Shown here: positions 1 through 11,930 of the stretch, one piece after another
Position numbering within the stretch: position 1 is the stretch's first letter
How the letters are laid out: each line of letters starts with the position of its first letter
Source: Trypanosoma brucei
Taxonomy: Eukaryota
Length of the DNA stretch: 64,000 nucleotides
Direction: 5' to 3'
Assembly (NCBI GenBank): GCA_000002445.1
Contig: CP000069.1
Location: 192,001-256,000, forward strand
Position numbers and translations under genes: made by a program
Notes under the pieces: model-generated
The model's input: the letters and a program-made list of their open reading frames with translations, nothing else
Databases searched by the model: none
Told to the model about the DNA's origin: nothing

Positions 1-3000
1 CATGTGCCGTTTGCGAAAGGAGTAACTACGTGTGTTGCCCGAATCGTTGCGGACCACTACCATGCAACGCCAAAGATACATAAGCAGTGATCAGCCGACC
101 ATTGCTTCAAGTTTGCTCCCCTGCATTTACGGTCCTGTTGGTTAAACGTGCAACTTTACTTCTCTGTGGTGGGATAAATGAGTTTGTGGGCTTGAGCATG
201 TGGGGATTGACGACGTTGGTGCTAATATGTTATTCTGGTTTCTCGGCTACTTGCTTGCATGTGGGAGGGGGGGGGGAGAGATATTCCAGAGGCGGGAAAA
301 GAAGTGAAGCAGATATGGGATAATGTTTTTATCAATTTACGTTCCCCCTTTCCACTTTGTTTGCCGTCCGACTATTATGTGGAGGCCCAGAAAGATGAAG
401 AGACTTTCGTTCAGTGCGTTCTAGCTGACGTTTGTCCCTGTGTTTGGTGAATATGTTCCCTGAAGTTATGATTTTGGAGTGTTTTTTCCCCTTTTACCTT
501 CGACACCCTCTCACAAGTTTAATACATACGCGAGCTCGGACTCAATATACCAGTCGTCCGATTAATTGAACACGAACACCTCGCAATGGGTCCGCCGTTC
601 CGTTCCGTTTATTTGTTTTCTCTTACTTCGTCTCGAAAGTTATTTTATTAGTGAACAAATCGGTAGATTCGTAAGTAAAATGTCCCGCCGTCCGTACGGC
701 CGCTATCAGGGTTCTGGCGAAACCCTTAGCCCACCATTTTGATCCGAATGGATCGCAGCCATTGTTGCAGGCATTACGTTGTGCCGTGTGGGCTTTGCCA
801 CCATCGTCGGGGTGGGGGTGGTGAGCAGCCCGTACGGACGCGTCACACTCAAGATAGCGACGGTAGTTCGGTCGTGGTGGAAGACAGAAAAGCGTCCTTA
901 TTGAACTCATTTTCGCTGCTGCGTGTCACGAAACATGTGAAATTGTTATACCTTGTTTTGCTATCCGGGCAATGCCTTACGCTCCCGAAGTCGCACTGAT
1001 GTCGCCAACTAAGACAAAGTATAAGTGGGGGCCATTGCTCTCCCCACCTTCGGCAGCTGTGCTCAGTTACATCGGTGCAGCGTACATGTCTCACTCGGCC
1101 AGTTTTTGGTCTCCACGAGGTAACAAGTGAAGCAAAGTGTTTCTAAAACGTTTTCTCACCTTCACGTCTTTCAGATACTTCCTTTCCTTCGCTGCCTCCT
1201 TCTCTGGTTTCATCTGAGGGTGAAGTATCAGCCTGTGGTCGACGCATCCAATCAATAGGCAGGGTTTGCGTGGTTGGTGGGTCAGCACAGCTTAGCGGTA
1301 TGGAAACGGAGGGTTTGCTCCAGCTGGTGTCTATTGGCTTCGTGTGTGGGTCCGCCTGCCGCAATGCGATGTGCTAACTCGGACAGCAAAAACATTTTGC
1401 GGTCGCTGCAGAATGCGTGACACCGAGTGGTAACACGCGACCAGCCGGGAAGTCTATGCAGCGCCAACCCGTGGAACCGAAGTTGATGGAACTCTCACGA
1501 CGAAGAGCTATTGGCAGGGGGCGGGGAGGGAAGGCAATACGTGGAGACAACGGCTTCCTTCGTTCAGATCCGCATGGCAGAATCAATGGAGGGGAGGAAT
1601 CAATTTTGGCGATATAATGGTTGATGAGGTCCTTGTATAGGTGCGCTGCACATGTGCCTCCGCTCCGTAAAACCGTTCCCAGGGTAGATGGGGGGGGGGG
1701 GCTGGTGGTGGGTGGATTTTGCGGTGTCCGATCTTACCCAAGTGTTGGTGGGATAGTTGGACGTTGAGTTTTTTAGCTATTGTCTGTTGCTGGGTAGGTG
1801 TTTGAACGAGCCGCTGCCACTGAGCTGGCTTTGGCTGCTTGCTCCGCCTCGCTCAGAGGGTGAAGACAATCCTCACGGTTGCCCCGCTTTCCAGGCAGCA
1901 GGGTCGAAGTGGTTGCGGTTCTTTTGAGCATCCTACGTGTGTATGTGTTTCTTATGTGTGCGTTGGCGCTGTACGGCACTGAGGGGTTGGATCAATGGCT
2001 TGATTAAGCGCCCACATTGCAAGTCCTTCCCCTCTTTCTCCCAACATTACGAAATCAAGGCCGCGCTACTCAAACTGCAGGTGTCCCTGTTTTTTTGGTT
2101 CGGTTGGTGGGTGACCACATCAACACTTTTTTTTAGCACCGCCGCTTCACCGTGATGCCATATGCCTGCTCTGTCAAACGCCCTTCGGGAAAGAGGTTGT
2201 GCTCTCCGCCTGACTACTTGTTTCCCCACTGCGTTACTGTTGGCCTCCCGTTTGCCTCGGTGTGTGGGTCCCCAGACACAGTCAAACCTGGAGGTATGAC
2301 GGCGCAACGTTATAATGCTTATCAAGGCGTCTCGCACCGTTGGCGCGTCGCCCTTTGGCGTGTTCTGAGGTGTGGCGTCGGCTCAACAGCGGCCAGTGTG
2401 ATTGAGCAAGGTTGACGCGAAACGGTTTCGTAGTTTCCAACCTCTTCATTGAAGGGCCCCGTAGATAGTAACGGCGAGCCGCTCGTCACACAAGCTGTTT
2501 GGTCGGTGCCTTTTGTTGAGCAATGTGAGGGGGAAGCTGATGTTGTAATAAGCAAGTCCTCTGCTGTGGAGTGTGTGGGGCAGCGCCACTCCAACTCTTG
2601 GGTTTGTGAAGAAGTACCACGGGGAGGCCGAAACAGAAGAAACCGATAAATGCCGCACATGTAGCCACGCTTGAGATGTGATATCTAAGTGTTTTTACGT
2701 CCGTGTGCGGTAGGGGGGAGGACCCTGCTTCTGATGTTTGTGCCATCGGACCTCCGCAGACAAGTTTGTGAAGTGCAGAAGTGGCATGACGACAAATGTG
2801 AGAGGACCGCTGCTTCACGTCGGTGTGGCACGCCTTGTTTTCATAGGCAGTGAAGAGGCCCGCGCGTTTTGGCACACGTGGCCTGCGTTAAAATTCGATG
2901 CAAGCAGAGGCGGAGAGAGGGTTTGCAATCAGCAGAAGCTGCCGTCCAGTGGGAAAAGTTATCAATTAACAAAGCGAGGACACAAGCGAGAGAGACTCAG

Positions 3001-3684
3001 AATGAGTCGGGAGTAGAACCGTGGAATCGTGCCTCCGAGTCCAGGGTAGTAACAAGGTGCCCTGCTAAAGGTGTAACCACTGGAAGGGTCGAGGGCACTG
3101 AGAACTCAGCTTCCGGGTGGTGACGCCTTTGGTTGCTTCTTGCACTGTAGCCCCTCGTGGCGGTGCGCATTTGAGAGTCATGCAGCGGTTCAGGAAATGT
3201 GTATTCCCACCGTCACGGACCAAACCGTGTAGGTTGGCGCACATGTGCTGAATACTACACCCTAGTTTTACCGGTTCTTTGTTTCATGCTGGCTTGGCAG
3301 CACAATCTGTGGATAACAGTTCGACGGCAGCAAACCGTGCCCGTGTTCGAGCTTGCCTTTCCATGGTCATGAATCCGACATTTTTTCGTTATGTGCCGCA
3401 GCTTTAAAAATAATATCATGTGATGGCTTTTGTTTCGGCATAATATGACGTGTCTTAGTTTATTTTTGGCAGCGCAACACTCCACTCCTTTTTCATGAAA
3501 AGAACGTACTAATGATAGATCGTGCTTGTCTAGCGGAGACCGGCGATGGCGCACAACCGTGTGTAACTCCGTCAATTCTCTCCTATCCAGTTGTCTACCC
3601 CACCTTTGTTCCTACCCGCTCGTTTTTTTTAAATAGCACATAATCCGTTGTTCGTACTAGTAAAATACGTCTAAATATTCAAGA

Positions 3685-6261
3685 ATGACACAACCAGATA
3701 TATTCATGGGTGGGAATCCACTTTGTGTGAGATACAATGGCTATCCCATCCACGTGGTCCGTTCTACGGATGGCACCAGCTGGTTCAGTGCAGCGGATAT
3801 TGTAAGGGCTCTCAGCATGTACAGTACAGGGATGGGTGCAGGTGATTGCTGTAAAGATGATAACACACTTTCACCATCCGATGAGTCTGCGGATTTTGCG
3901 AAGCGCTTGTTATTTTCAGTTGACGAGGAGCACAAAAAGCCACTAAAAGATGTGGTCAAGGAGTGTGAGCGGGCATTGTATGGGAGTGCTGGGATGGAGG
4001 CTTTATACGTTGACCTCACCGGGATCCAGACGTTAACACGCGCTACAAGCATGCCGACAGAGGCTGACTATAACGACTTCATGCAACACGGTGAGGCGCT
4101 TAATAAAATCGTTGGGGCCTTGCAAAGAGGCATCCGTGACAGCTGTGCGCAAATGTCCGAAAAGCCTTGGAATGACGGATCAGGCGGCGTCGTAGAGGTC
4201 AATGCAGCTGACTTACAGTCGCTCCTGAAAACGGTGGAAGAAATGAACGGGTACATGTGCAGCATTTTACCCCGCGTTGCTAACAATGAGGCTACTATAA
4301 GAACTGTGAGTGAGCACATGCTCCAACTCCAAAATAAAGTGGATCATGAAATTGAGAAGATCAGAAGGGAATTCAGCCAACACGGGACTGCTTCACTGAC
4401 TGGACGTGATAAGGTAAGTGAAAATGCGGAAAGCGAGCCCCCATGTGGTACAGCGGAGTTGAATATATCAGAGAGTCCTACAGCGGCTTGTAAAACCGTC
4501 AGACTGCTTGACCAGTCGAAGAATGGGGCTTGGCAGCGCCAGGAGCATCCGGTGGATATTATAAGCAGTGAGGAAAGGCTGATGAACAGCTTCAACTTTG
4601 AAGCATGTGGTGCATCTGCTGAAGAGTTTGGAGAAGCTGAGCTCGAACTGATTGCCTATTTCAGGCGTGCACTAAGTCGTCTGGGGCAGCAGGGTAGAAC
4701 ATGTATTAAACTGTTTCCAGTGAAGGACTCTAACAAACACTCTTCCCATTCCGCTGAGCGCGCCACCTATGAGTTGAAAGTAAAGAGAATGTCACTGCAG
4801 TTGAGTGATTTTAAATTCATCAGCATGTGCCCATCCATAGCCAAGCTCCGTTTCAGCGAGTGTCGCGGTGTGTGCGACCTGGAGGTCCTGGCTGAGGCGA
4901 AATCACTCGACGCATTGAGCCTGGATATTGAAGGGGAGGTGAGGCACCTTCATTTTTTGAGCGGACTGCCTTCCCTTAAGACCCTTCAGCTACATTACCA
5001 ACAAATCTCTGATGACGAATTTCGCTGTTTGTGCCTGTTGGAGGGCCTGGAGGAGCTAACTCTGCGTGATGCTTGGAACTTAACGTGTTTGGCGCCGATT
5101 GCAAGCTTGCGGCGGTTACGGGTATTGGATTTGAGCCTCCCACTGGTGGCCCCCAGCGGCTGCGTGCAAGAGGAGTGTAGTTCTGATGGTGATCAAAGTG
5201 CGGATACAAAGTACCCCCATTTAACGGATGTAAGTCCACTTGCAGAGATAATAGCACTAGAAGACTTGAATCTCCAGGGACGAGGAGGTGTAGAGGCAGG
5301 TGTTGATGCACTTGGATCTTTACCGAAGCTCCGTGTGTTGAATCTGAGTGGAACGGGCATAACCGATTTGTGTTTTGGTGGTCTGAGTGAAAGCAAGACC
5401 TTGACGTCACTTGACATTTCTTTCTGTTGGAATTTGACCGACCTAAGCCAACTCGCTCAAGTCGCCACGCTGAAGGAACTAAAGCTTCGGTTGCACAAAG
5501 ATGGAGTACCCTGCGTGGACGGTCTCGATAGCCTTCCGTTACGCACGCTACACTTGGTTCTCCCCCAAAGAATTTGCCAGCATTCGGAGGAATCTTCTAC
5601 TTTGGAGAGTAGCTGTGAGGTTGCACCCACTGTTTCGCTAACAGATGTGTTCCCCCTCGAAGGGATTGAAACGCTTGAAGAGCTGAGTTTGCGGGGTCAG
5701 GGACATTTGAGTCTACAAATGGACGTCCTTTCCTCCTTGCCTCATCTGTGTGTGTTGGATTTAAGTTTCATAAGCATGACAGAACAGTGTCTTGATGTAC
5801 TTGCCACTATACCAGGCCTGGTGAAGCTCGGATTCACTGCTCGTGGGTGCACAGGGAACATGAGCTCTCTCTCTAAGATTACTTCGCTTGAAGAGCTGGA
5901 CGTCCGAAGTTGCTCTAGTGCCGGCGCAATTGTTGATGCAGCTGCCCTGCTGCCTAAGCTGCGTGTTTTCAGTCTGAGTGGTGCCACAATTACTCCAAGG
6001 AGCCTCCAAAGCCTCATCCAGTGCAATAACCTAGTGAAGCTGGATATTTCCTTCTGCAGGAATGTGGAGGGTGGTACGCCATTCCCATTGATGACTACAG
6101 TGGAAGAGTTGAACCTCAAGGGCTGCCAGAGCGTCCTCTGTCTCGGTGTTTTGGCCAACTTCCCTAGTCTGCGGAAACTAAACGTGAAAAACATGTACGT
6201 GAGTTCCGAAGTGTTAAAGGAGTTTCGTGGGCGTAATGTTGTAGTTCGTTACAGATGCTGA
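3685..6261 (+). CDS. Leucine-rich repeat protein (LRRP), ESAG8-related
   Basis: 858-aa uninterrupted ORF. The C-terminal two thirds consist of ~24-residue LRRs (L..L.L..C..ITD...L..L..L..L.LS, e.g. LRVLNLSGTGITDLCFGGLSESKTLTSLDISFCWNLTDLSQL), as in T. brucei ESAG8/LRRP proteins. It lies immediately upstream of an adenylate cyclase gene, the usual GRESAG4/LRRP arrangement. The N-terminus lacks the ESAG8 RING motif. Confidence 0.7.
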   Translation: MTQPDIFMGGNPLCVRYNGYPIHVVRSTDGTSWFSAADIVRALSMYSTGMGAGDCCKDDNTLSPSDESADFAKRLLFSVDEEHKKPLKDVVKECERALYGSAGMEALYVDLTGIQTLTRATSMPTEADYNDFMQHGEALNKIVGALQRGIRDSCAQMSEKPWNDGSGGVVEVNAADLQSLLKTVEEMNGYMCSILPRVANNEATIRTVSEHMLQLQNKVDHEIEKIRREFSQHGTASLTGRDKVSENAESEPPCGTAELNISESPTAACKTVRLLDQSKNGAWQRQEHPVDIISSEERLMNSFNFEACGASAEEFGEAELELIAYFRRALSRLGQQGRTCIKLFPVKDSNKHSSHSAERATYELKVKRMSLQLSDFKFISMCPSIAKLRFSECRGVCDLEVLAEAKSLDALSLDIEGEVRHLHFLSGLPSLKTLQLHYQQISDDEFRCLCLLEGLEELTLRDAWNLTCLAPIASLRRLRVLDLSLPLVAPSGCVQEECSSDGDQSADTKYPHLTDVSPLAEIIALEDLNLQGRGGVEAGVDALGSLPKLRVLNLSGTGITDLCFGGLSESKTLTSLDISFCWNLTDLSQLAQVATLKELKLRLHKDGVPCVDGLDSLPLRTLHLVLPQRICQHSEESSTLESSCEVAPTVSLTDVFPLEGIETLEELSLRGQGHLSLQMDVLSSLPHLCVLDLSFISMTEQCLDVLATIPGLVKLGFTARGCTGNMSSLSKITSLEELDVRSCSSAGAIVDAAALLPKLRVFSLSGATITPRSLQSLIQCNNLVKLDISFCRNVEGGTPFPLMTTVEELNLKGCQSVLCLGVLANFPSLRKLNVKNMYVSSEVLKEFRGRNVVVRYRC

Positions 6262-8288
6262 CGAGGGTCCGAAAGTTTTGTATATTCTGAGCGGGTTCTG
6301 GGTGCTGTGTATCTTGTGCCATAACCACAGTTTTCTTAAGGGCACTTCCCACTCGTATATTGCGCCTCTGGTGTGTGGAGACGCCAGTGTGGCGCCGGTT
6401 GTGCTGATATTTTTGGTGCTTCCCCCTTGGGTTTTATGTGTACCGTCGGTAGCATCGATGTGTATGTAAAGGCTGCCCAACACGCTAGGGACACTCACAC
6501 GTGTCAGGCGGTAGGGGTTATATTTGCTGCTCTTCAAAATAACTTAAGCAAATTGGCACCATGAACAGACGGGTAAAGAGAAATATTGCACGCACCGTCC
6601 TTTTTTTGTTTTTGGTTTGACTTGTCTTATCATATTTTACCTTACTTGCCTCCCTTTTTGATCGCTAATGGCGGGTCGCAGACAAAACATTTATTAATTA
6701 TGAATATTTCGGTGTGGTTGTGCAAAATTTAAGCAAGCAGTTATGCAACAGATATTGGGGCCTCTGTGGACCCGTTTTCTTTTTTTTTTTTTCAACCCTA
6801 CCATTGGGTTCCTCCCCCTTTTCGCCTCTCTGATACGCCCACTTCATTCCTCGTTTGATGTACTGGACCACCTTCCCCACGATCAACTGCCTCCGCTTGC
6901 AGGACACCATCGCTCTGAAATATCTCATCTTCGCCACCTTTTGTTCCGTTTAAGGGCAGTATCGGGTCAACCGCTGTTGAAATATAGGTACTGGTGCTTT
7001 GCGTGGTTGGTGGGGAGGGAGGGGGTTTCTATCGATAACATTTGGCAGGCAGAAAACTGGTTTGCATTCCTCCTTGCGAGTGAACTAAAGGCAAGCGGCT
7101 GGTACAGCCTAGAGAATCATGATAGGGTAGTTTCTATACATCCACAACCGCTGTCCCCTAGAGGATCTCCTCTTCTCCCTCTAGAGTTGAGGTATCCATG
7201 TCCCTGAATCGGGTTTGATAACTACGATATTGTGATGTCTCAAAGGAAGGGTCTGAAAGGGCTGCCCGTCATTCACTTGGTTAATGACACGCACGAAATA
7301 CTCATGATTGTTATCAACCCTATCAAATAAATGTTACCCCCAGAAAGCTACATTACCCGTAGTGTGTCTAATGACCACAGCTGTGACGGGGATGCTGGGG
7401 ATTCACAATGTCGTGTGGAGTCCGTAGGTGAATTTTCCGCCCAAAAGTCTCGAGGTGGTGGGACAGGGGTGGAGGGACAAAAAGAGGGAGAGAGAGTTTG
7501 TGTGGCCGTCCTCCTCCATTAACGTGAAATAATATGGGACAGGGAGAGCTTGTCTGTTCTCTTTACAACCAGTTTACTGTGGGAGTCGTGCTCTAAGCTC
7601 GTTGAAAGCTGAGAACGGGCAGCTGTTGGATGCCCACGGGCCTGCAGCCACCAAATTGTGCAACCACGCAAACTCACAGGGATGTTATGACACGACTTGC
7701 CTCGCCTGGGTAGTTGAGTGCTGCACCACACGTAATGGGTACGTTGAAGCAGCTTCCAAGGCGCAGATGCCTGAGTTGCATAGTTGCCATGCGTCTGTCA
7801 CCACAGCAGTCACGCCGACGACTATGCCACCAATTCCACAACAAGGCTCCAAAGCAGCTCCATAATTAGTAATGAAATGTCAGTAGCAAAGAAAACTACG
7901 ACACACATGAAATACATATACGTGTTTGTGTGACACCATTAGCTACCAGCGTGTCGGTTGTCCCTTTCTATCATTTGCTCGCAATTTACAGTGACATCAT
8001 TAACGAGTCGCCTCTCGCTACCTTGACGTGCCTTCATTGCTTTTTAAGCATTGTTTTGGTTTTGTCGGGAACTTGTTATAGTATCCAACTGTCTGGAAGT
8101 GTAATCTTACTGATTTCTATTTTCCCTCTTTTGATATTCTTCCTTAGGACATAAGATTTCACACACGAAAAGTGTCACACATTACCGAAAATATGAGTTG
8201 GCAGGAAGGTGGTGGAAGAGGATGTGTGTACCCTCATGGAAACTGCAGGCGGAACCTTACCGCAAGGAGCCCTGCAAGGCGTTACAGC

Positions 8289-11200
8289 ATGTACAAGCAC
8301 TCACCTGTCATTACTGCTGTATCACTGCTACACTTGTTTCCTTTGCTACTCATGTGGATGCCACCTGTGTGCGCAGAAAACGGTAATGTGACGGTAAATG
8401 TGCTATCCATGATGTACAGCCTCGGTTTCACCACTCCTGAAGTTAACGCCATTAATGCCGGCTTTGACGCATCACTGAGTGCCCACAGCTGGAAGACGGG
8501 CTCCGGTGCGACAATATCTGTCATCCGTCCCTCATCACCCAATGCGACAATCGAGGACATATTTCAGCTGGGGGTGAAACAAAGTGAAGGGAAGTTATTA
8601 GTTGTATTCGGGCCCCTGGGTACTAATCACGTCTTAAAGAACAGTGATGAACTGAAGAAACATGATCTTGTTGCCATCGCTCCCGTTGCGTACTCCAGTG
8701 AGGTCCGTGGTTGGAACCCTCACCTTTATTTCATAAGTGTCGAACCCAATGCTGAACTCCTCGCCCTCATTCGTTATGCTGTTGTTTACCTCCGTGTCCC
8801 ACGAATAAGTATGATGTACGAAAAGGACAACACCGCCAGTATGGGAGCGTATGAGTTTACTGTGCGAGTATTGGCGATGTTGGGTCGCCATTTATGTGGA
8901 GTGTTCGTTGTGAAGGAGAGTGAGAATCAAAATATCTCTGAGGATGATTTGAACACCAGGTGGAGACAATTTGTTGCTACGCGCCCACAGGCTATATTGT
9001 TGTTTTCATCCCTGGGTAATACAGCAAAGTGGTTCATCAAGAAGGTAGCACAGGACAACCGCACTGCCAATGCGTATCTTCTTTCTACTTCACTACAGCA
9101 ACATTTTTTGATCAAGATGTGGCGTGAGGCATTGGTGTTAGCTAATCGTACATTCACTCCTGAGCAGCTGATCACAACTGGAACAGTGCCGCTCGCTAAT
9201 GATAATCAGTCCTCACTGATTCAGCACTTCCAGCGTGACATGAACAACTACCTGGATACAAACAGTGACTGGAAGGGCTTTGCGAAACCCGATCACTACC
9301 TTGAGGACGACGGTTTAGGTGAGATGATGGTGTATGGGTGGCTTGCGGGAGAAGTTCTCTTCGAAGCTCTGAATAACGCTCCACAGCTGACGAACCGTAA
9401 ATCATTCAGGGAATCTCTGTACAAGCAGCGTCGCTACGTGATTGATGACCTTGTGGTTGGTGACTTTGGTGGTGAGTGCAATGAGGCCGTTGCATTACAG
9501 GGTGCCATGTGTGAATGCAATCAAGGTGGCAGTATGGTATATATGAAGAGTATAATGGATGGCTTCCGACTCAGACCTTTGTGGGAAGGGTTCCTAACGT
9601 GGGGTGTATCAGAGTGCTCAAGTGCCAATGTACAAGTAAGCGCGCCATTGAGTGGCCTCTTTGTGATTCTGGTGGATAACGCAATTGTTTTCCGAGCGAC
9701 TATGAGGTGGTTCCTTGGCGCTCAGGCCCTGGATGAGGCATATGATGTTGACAATAGAATATTTTTCCATCCCCTAACAGTATCTTCAGAGAATGTGACG
9801 CAATCCCTTGAGCAAGTACGGGACAACAGGGATGTATCTGCAGTATTTGGTATCGTTCCAGCGGCGATGTTGGACACACCGAATATGATGTTCATCAGTC
9901 CTATGGTGGTGGGCATCCGCCAGAACGGGTTTAGGAGAAACGTAATACACTTACTGCCTGTGCTTGCGCAGCAACTTTATGTGCTTGCTGTGTATCTCTC
10001 CAACACTTCTTCCAGAGGAGTAAATGCATTCATACGCGGTGAGCAAGCAGGGGAGATCAGTAGCCTGCTGTACAAGTCATTGGTTACGTTTGGTGTGCCG
10101 CTTGATTCCAGCAAGACACTTGGTGATGGTGACCCGGTAGCGTCATATCTCTCGGGTAATGGAGATGTGTTTACTATTGGACTCACTCTCACTGACGTTG
10201 CTGCGGTTGCGCGGCACCTTCAGGCACACCTCAGGGCACGTGTGTTTGTTGGGTTCAATGACCTTGCAATGTACTACGATGAGTTTGTGGCTGCGTTTAA
10301 TGCGAGTAAAGAGTCTATTGCTAGCTCAGAGCGGCTCCTATTCGCGACGAGTTTTCCACACTGGGCGGAGAAGGACACGAAATCAGATGTGGTTGCAAGT
10401 TTCCATCGCATTGTGAATGAATCGCATTGGGATCCACTAACGTTTATCGGTTTTGTTGCAGCTCGGCTGCTTCAAGTGATTCTCCCGAATATGAAGAAAG
10501 TGAATGCAGAGCTGCTGGCAGACCGCATTTACACGGAGTCCAACATCAAAGTGGATGACATGCGATTTGGACCCTTCAGTGATGTGGAATGTGTTTCTGG
10601 TACGAGTGTTTCGGCAAATGAGTGTGCCTCAAACTTTGGAGCCACAAACATTTCTGTATGGTCGATGGCGCGTGTGCTGAATTCAAGCTTGCCCAGAACA
10701 CAGGTTGGGATGACACCGTCTATGGACTATGTTATTCCGCAAGAGGGTCAGCTCACACGGTCACAGATAGCCGGCATAGGTATTGGGTGCGTAGTCGGCT
10801 TCATATTGTTTATTGCCCTTGGTGTGCTCCTACGCATCTCCCTGCGGAATGCTCGTGATAACAATCTTGCACCCAAGGAACCAACTGACCCCGTGACACT
10901 AATATTTACTGACATTGAGAGCAGCACTGCGTTGTGGGCTGCACACCCTGAGCTGATGCCCGATGCCGTCGCCGCGCATCATCGTATGGTCCGTTCACTG
11001 ATTGGGAGGTATGACTGCTACGAAGTCAAAACTGTAGGGGATTCGTTCATGATAGCGAGTAAGAGTCCTTTCGCTGCCGTCCAACTCGCACAGGAACTAC
11101 AGCTGTGTTTCTTGCAACATGACTGGGGAACAAATGCAGTTGATAATTCTTACCGGCACTTCGAGGAGCAATGCACGGAGGGAGAATGTGAGTACACGCC

Positions 11201-11930
11201 GCCAACTGCGCGGTTGGATCCTAAAGTGTACAGTCGTTTGTGGAATGGCCTGCGTGTACGTGTTGGAATCCACACCGGGTTGTGCGACATCCGACACGAT
11301 GAAGTGACAAAGGGATATGACTACTATGGGCGGACTCCAAACATGGCAGCAAGGACGGAGAGTGTAGCAAATGGTGGTCAGGTGCTGATGACGCATGCGG
11401 CGTACATGTCACTGTCAGCTGAGGATCGTAAGCAAATTGATGTCACTGCACTTGGTGATGTTGCACTTCGCGGTGTGAGTGATCCGGTGGAAATGTACCA
11501 GTTGAATGCCGTGCCTGGCCGCAACTTTGCTGCATTACGGCTGGACCGCGAATACTTCTTTGATGAGGGCGAGGATGGCACGACAACCTCCACAAGCGAC
11601 CACAGTTCTTCACGTGCGGAGCTGAGTGAATCAGCTCAGATAATTGCAACTGCACTACAGTCGCTGTTAAGCACGTTCAAGACAGCACAGCGTGAGAAGT
11701 TGTTGCTGCCGTATTGTGAGCGTTGGCGTGTGCCTCTTCCCCGTAAAGCCGCATTCGAGTGGGATGACGCCTACTGTGAGGAAGTGGTGCGTCGCATTGC
11801 AGTTAAGGTTGGGCGTGTCGCTGACCATTGCGCTCATAGTGGAAGTGAGTCGTCAAGTACGCAAGGCAGTTCATCAATTATTATCGTCCCTCTTCACGAC
11901 CTGTACTGCCGTGAAAATTATTCTATTTAA
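8289..11930 (+). CDS. GRESAG4: Receptor-type adenylate cyclase (GRESAG4/ESAG4 family)
   Basis: 1213-1252-aa ORF. An N-terminal signal-like segment (MYKHSPVITAVSLLHLFPLLLMWMPPVCA) precedes a large extracellular domain. There is one TM helix (IAGIGIGCVVGFILFIALGVLLRI). The class III cyclase catalytic domain follows (LIFTDIESSTALWAAHPELMPDAVAAHHRMVRSLIGRYDCYEVKTVGDSFMIASKS ... GLRVRVGIHTGLCDIRHDEVTKGYDYYGRTPNMAARTES). The ORF track starts at 8172, but the in-frame ATG at 8289 sits directly before the signal peptide and is the more likely start. Confidence 0.85.
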   Translation: MYKHSPVITAVSLLHLFPLLLMWMPPVCAENGNVTVNVLSMMYSLGFTTPEVNAINAGFDASLSAHSWKTGSGATISVIRPSSPNATIEDIFQLGVKQSEGKLLVVFGPLGTNHVLKNSDELKKHDLVAIAPVAYSSEVRGWNPHLYFISVEPNAELLALIRYAVVYLRVPRISMMYEKDNTASMGAYEFTVRVLAMLGRHLCGVFVVKESENQNISEDDLNTRWRQFVATRPQAILLFSSLGNTAKWFIKKVAQDNRTANAYLLSTSLQQHFLIKMWREALVLANRTFTPEQLITTGTVPLANDNQSSLIQHFQRDMNNYLDTNSDWKGFAKPDHYLEDDGLGEMMVYGWLAGEVLFEALNNAPQLTNRKSFRESLYKQRRYVIDDLVVGDFGGECNEAVALQGAMCECNQGGSMVYMKSIMDGFRLRPLWEGFLTWGVSECSSANVQVSAPLSGLFVILVDNAIVFRATMRWFLGAQALDEAYDVDNRIFFHPLTVSSENVTQSLEQVRDNRDVSAVFGIVPAAMLDTPNMMFISPMVVGIRQNGFRRNVIHLLPVLAQQLYVLAVYLSNTSSRGVNAFIRGEQAGEISSLLYKSLVTFGVPLDSSKTLGDGDPVASYLSGNGDVFTIGLTLTDVAAVARHLQAHLRARVFVGFNDLAMYYDEFVAAFNASKESIASSERLLFATSFPHWAEKDTKSDVVASFHRIVNESHWDPLTFIGFVAARLLQVILPNMKKVNAELLADRIYTESNIKVDDMRFGPFSDVECVSGTSVSANECASNFGATNISVWSMARVLNSSLPRTQVGMTPSMDYVIPQEGQLTRSQIAGIGIGCVVGFILFIALGVLLRISLRNARDNNLAPKEPTDPVTLIFTDIESSTALWAAHPELMPDAVAAHHRMVRSLIGRYDCYEVKTVGDSFMIASKSPFAAVQLAQELQLCFLQHDWGTNAVDNSYRHFEEQCTEGECEYTPPTARLDPKVYSRLWNGLRVRVGIHTGLCDIRHDEVTKGYDYYGRTPNMAARTESVANGGQVLMTHAAYMSLSAEDRKQIDVTALGDVALRGVSDPVEMYQLNAVPGRNFAALRLDREYFFDEGEDGTTTSTSDHSSSRAELSESAQIIATALQSLLSTFKTAQREKLLLPYCERWRVPLPRKAAFEWDDAYCEEVVRRIAVKVGRVADHCAHSGSESSSTQGSSSIIIVPLHDLYCRENYSI

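Noticed and set aside
1-3684. Short ORFs (60-130 aa) and G homopolymers (e.g. 269-285, 1691-1706) in the first 3.7 kb.
   Set aside because: No ORF has coding-like composition or motifs. The region is best left as unannotated intergenic or UTR sequence, and the homopolymers are common in trypanosome intergenic DNA.
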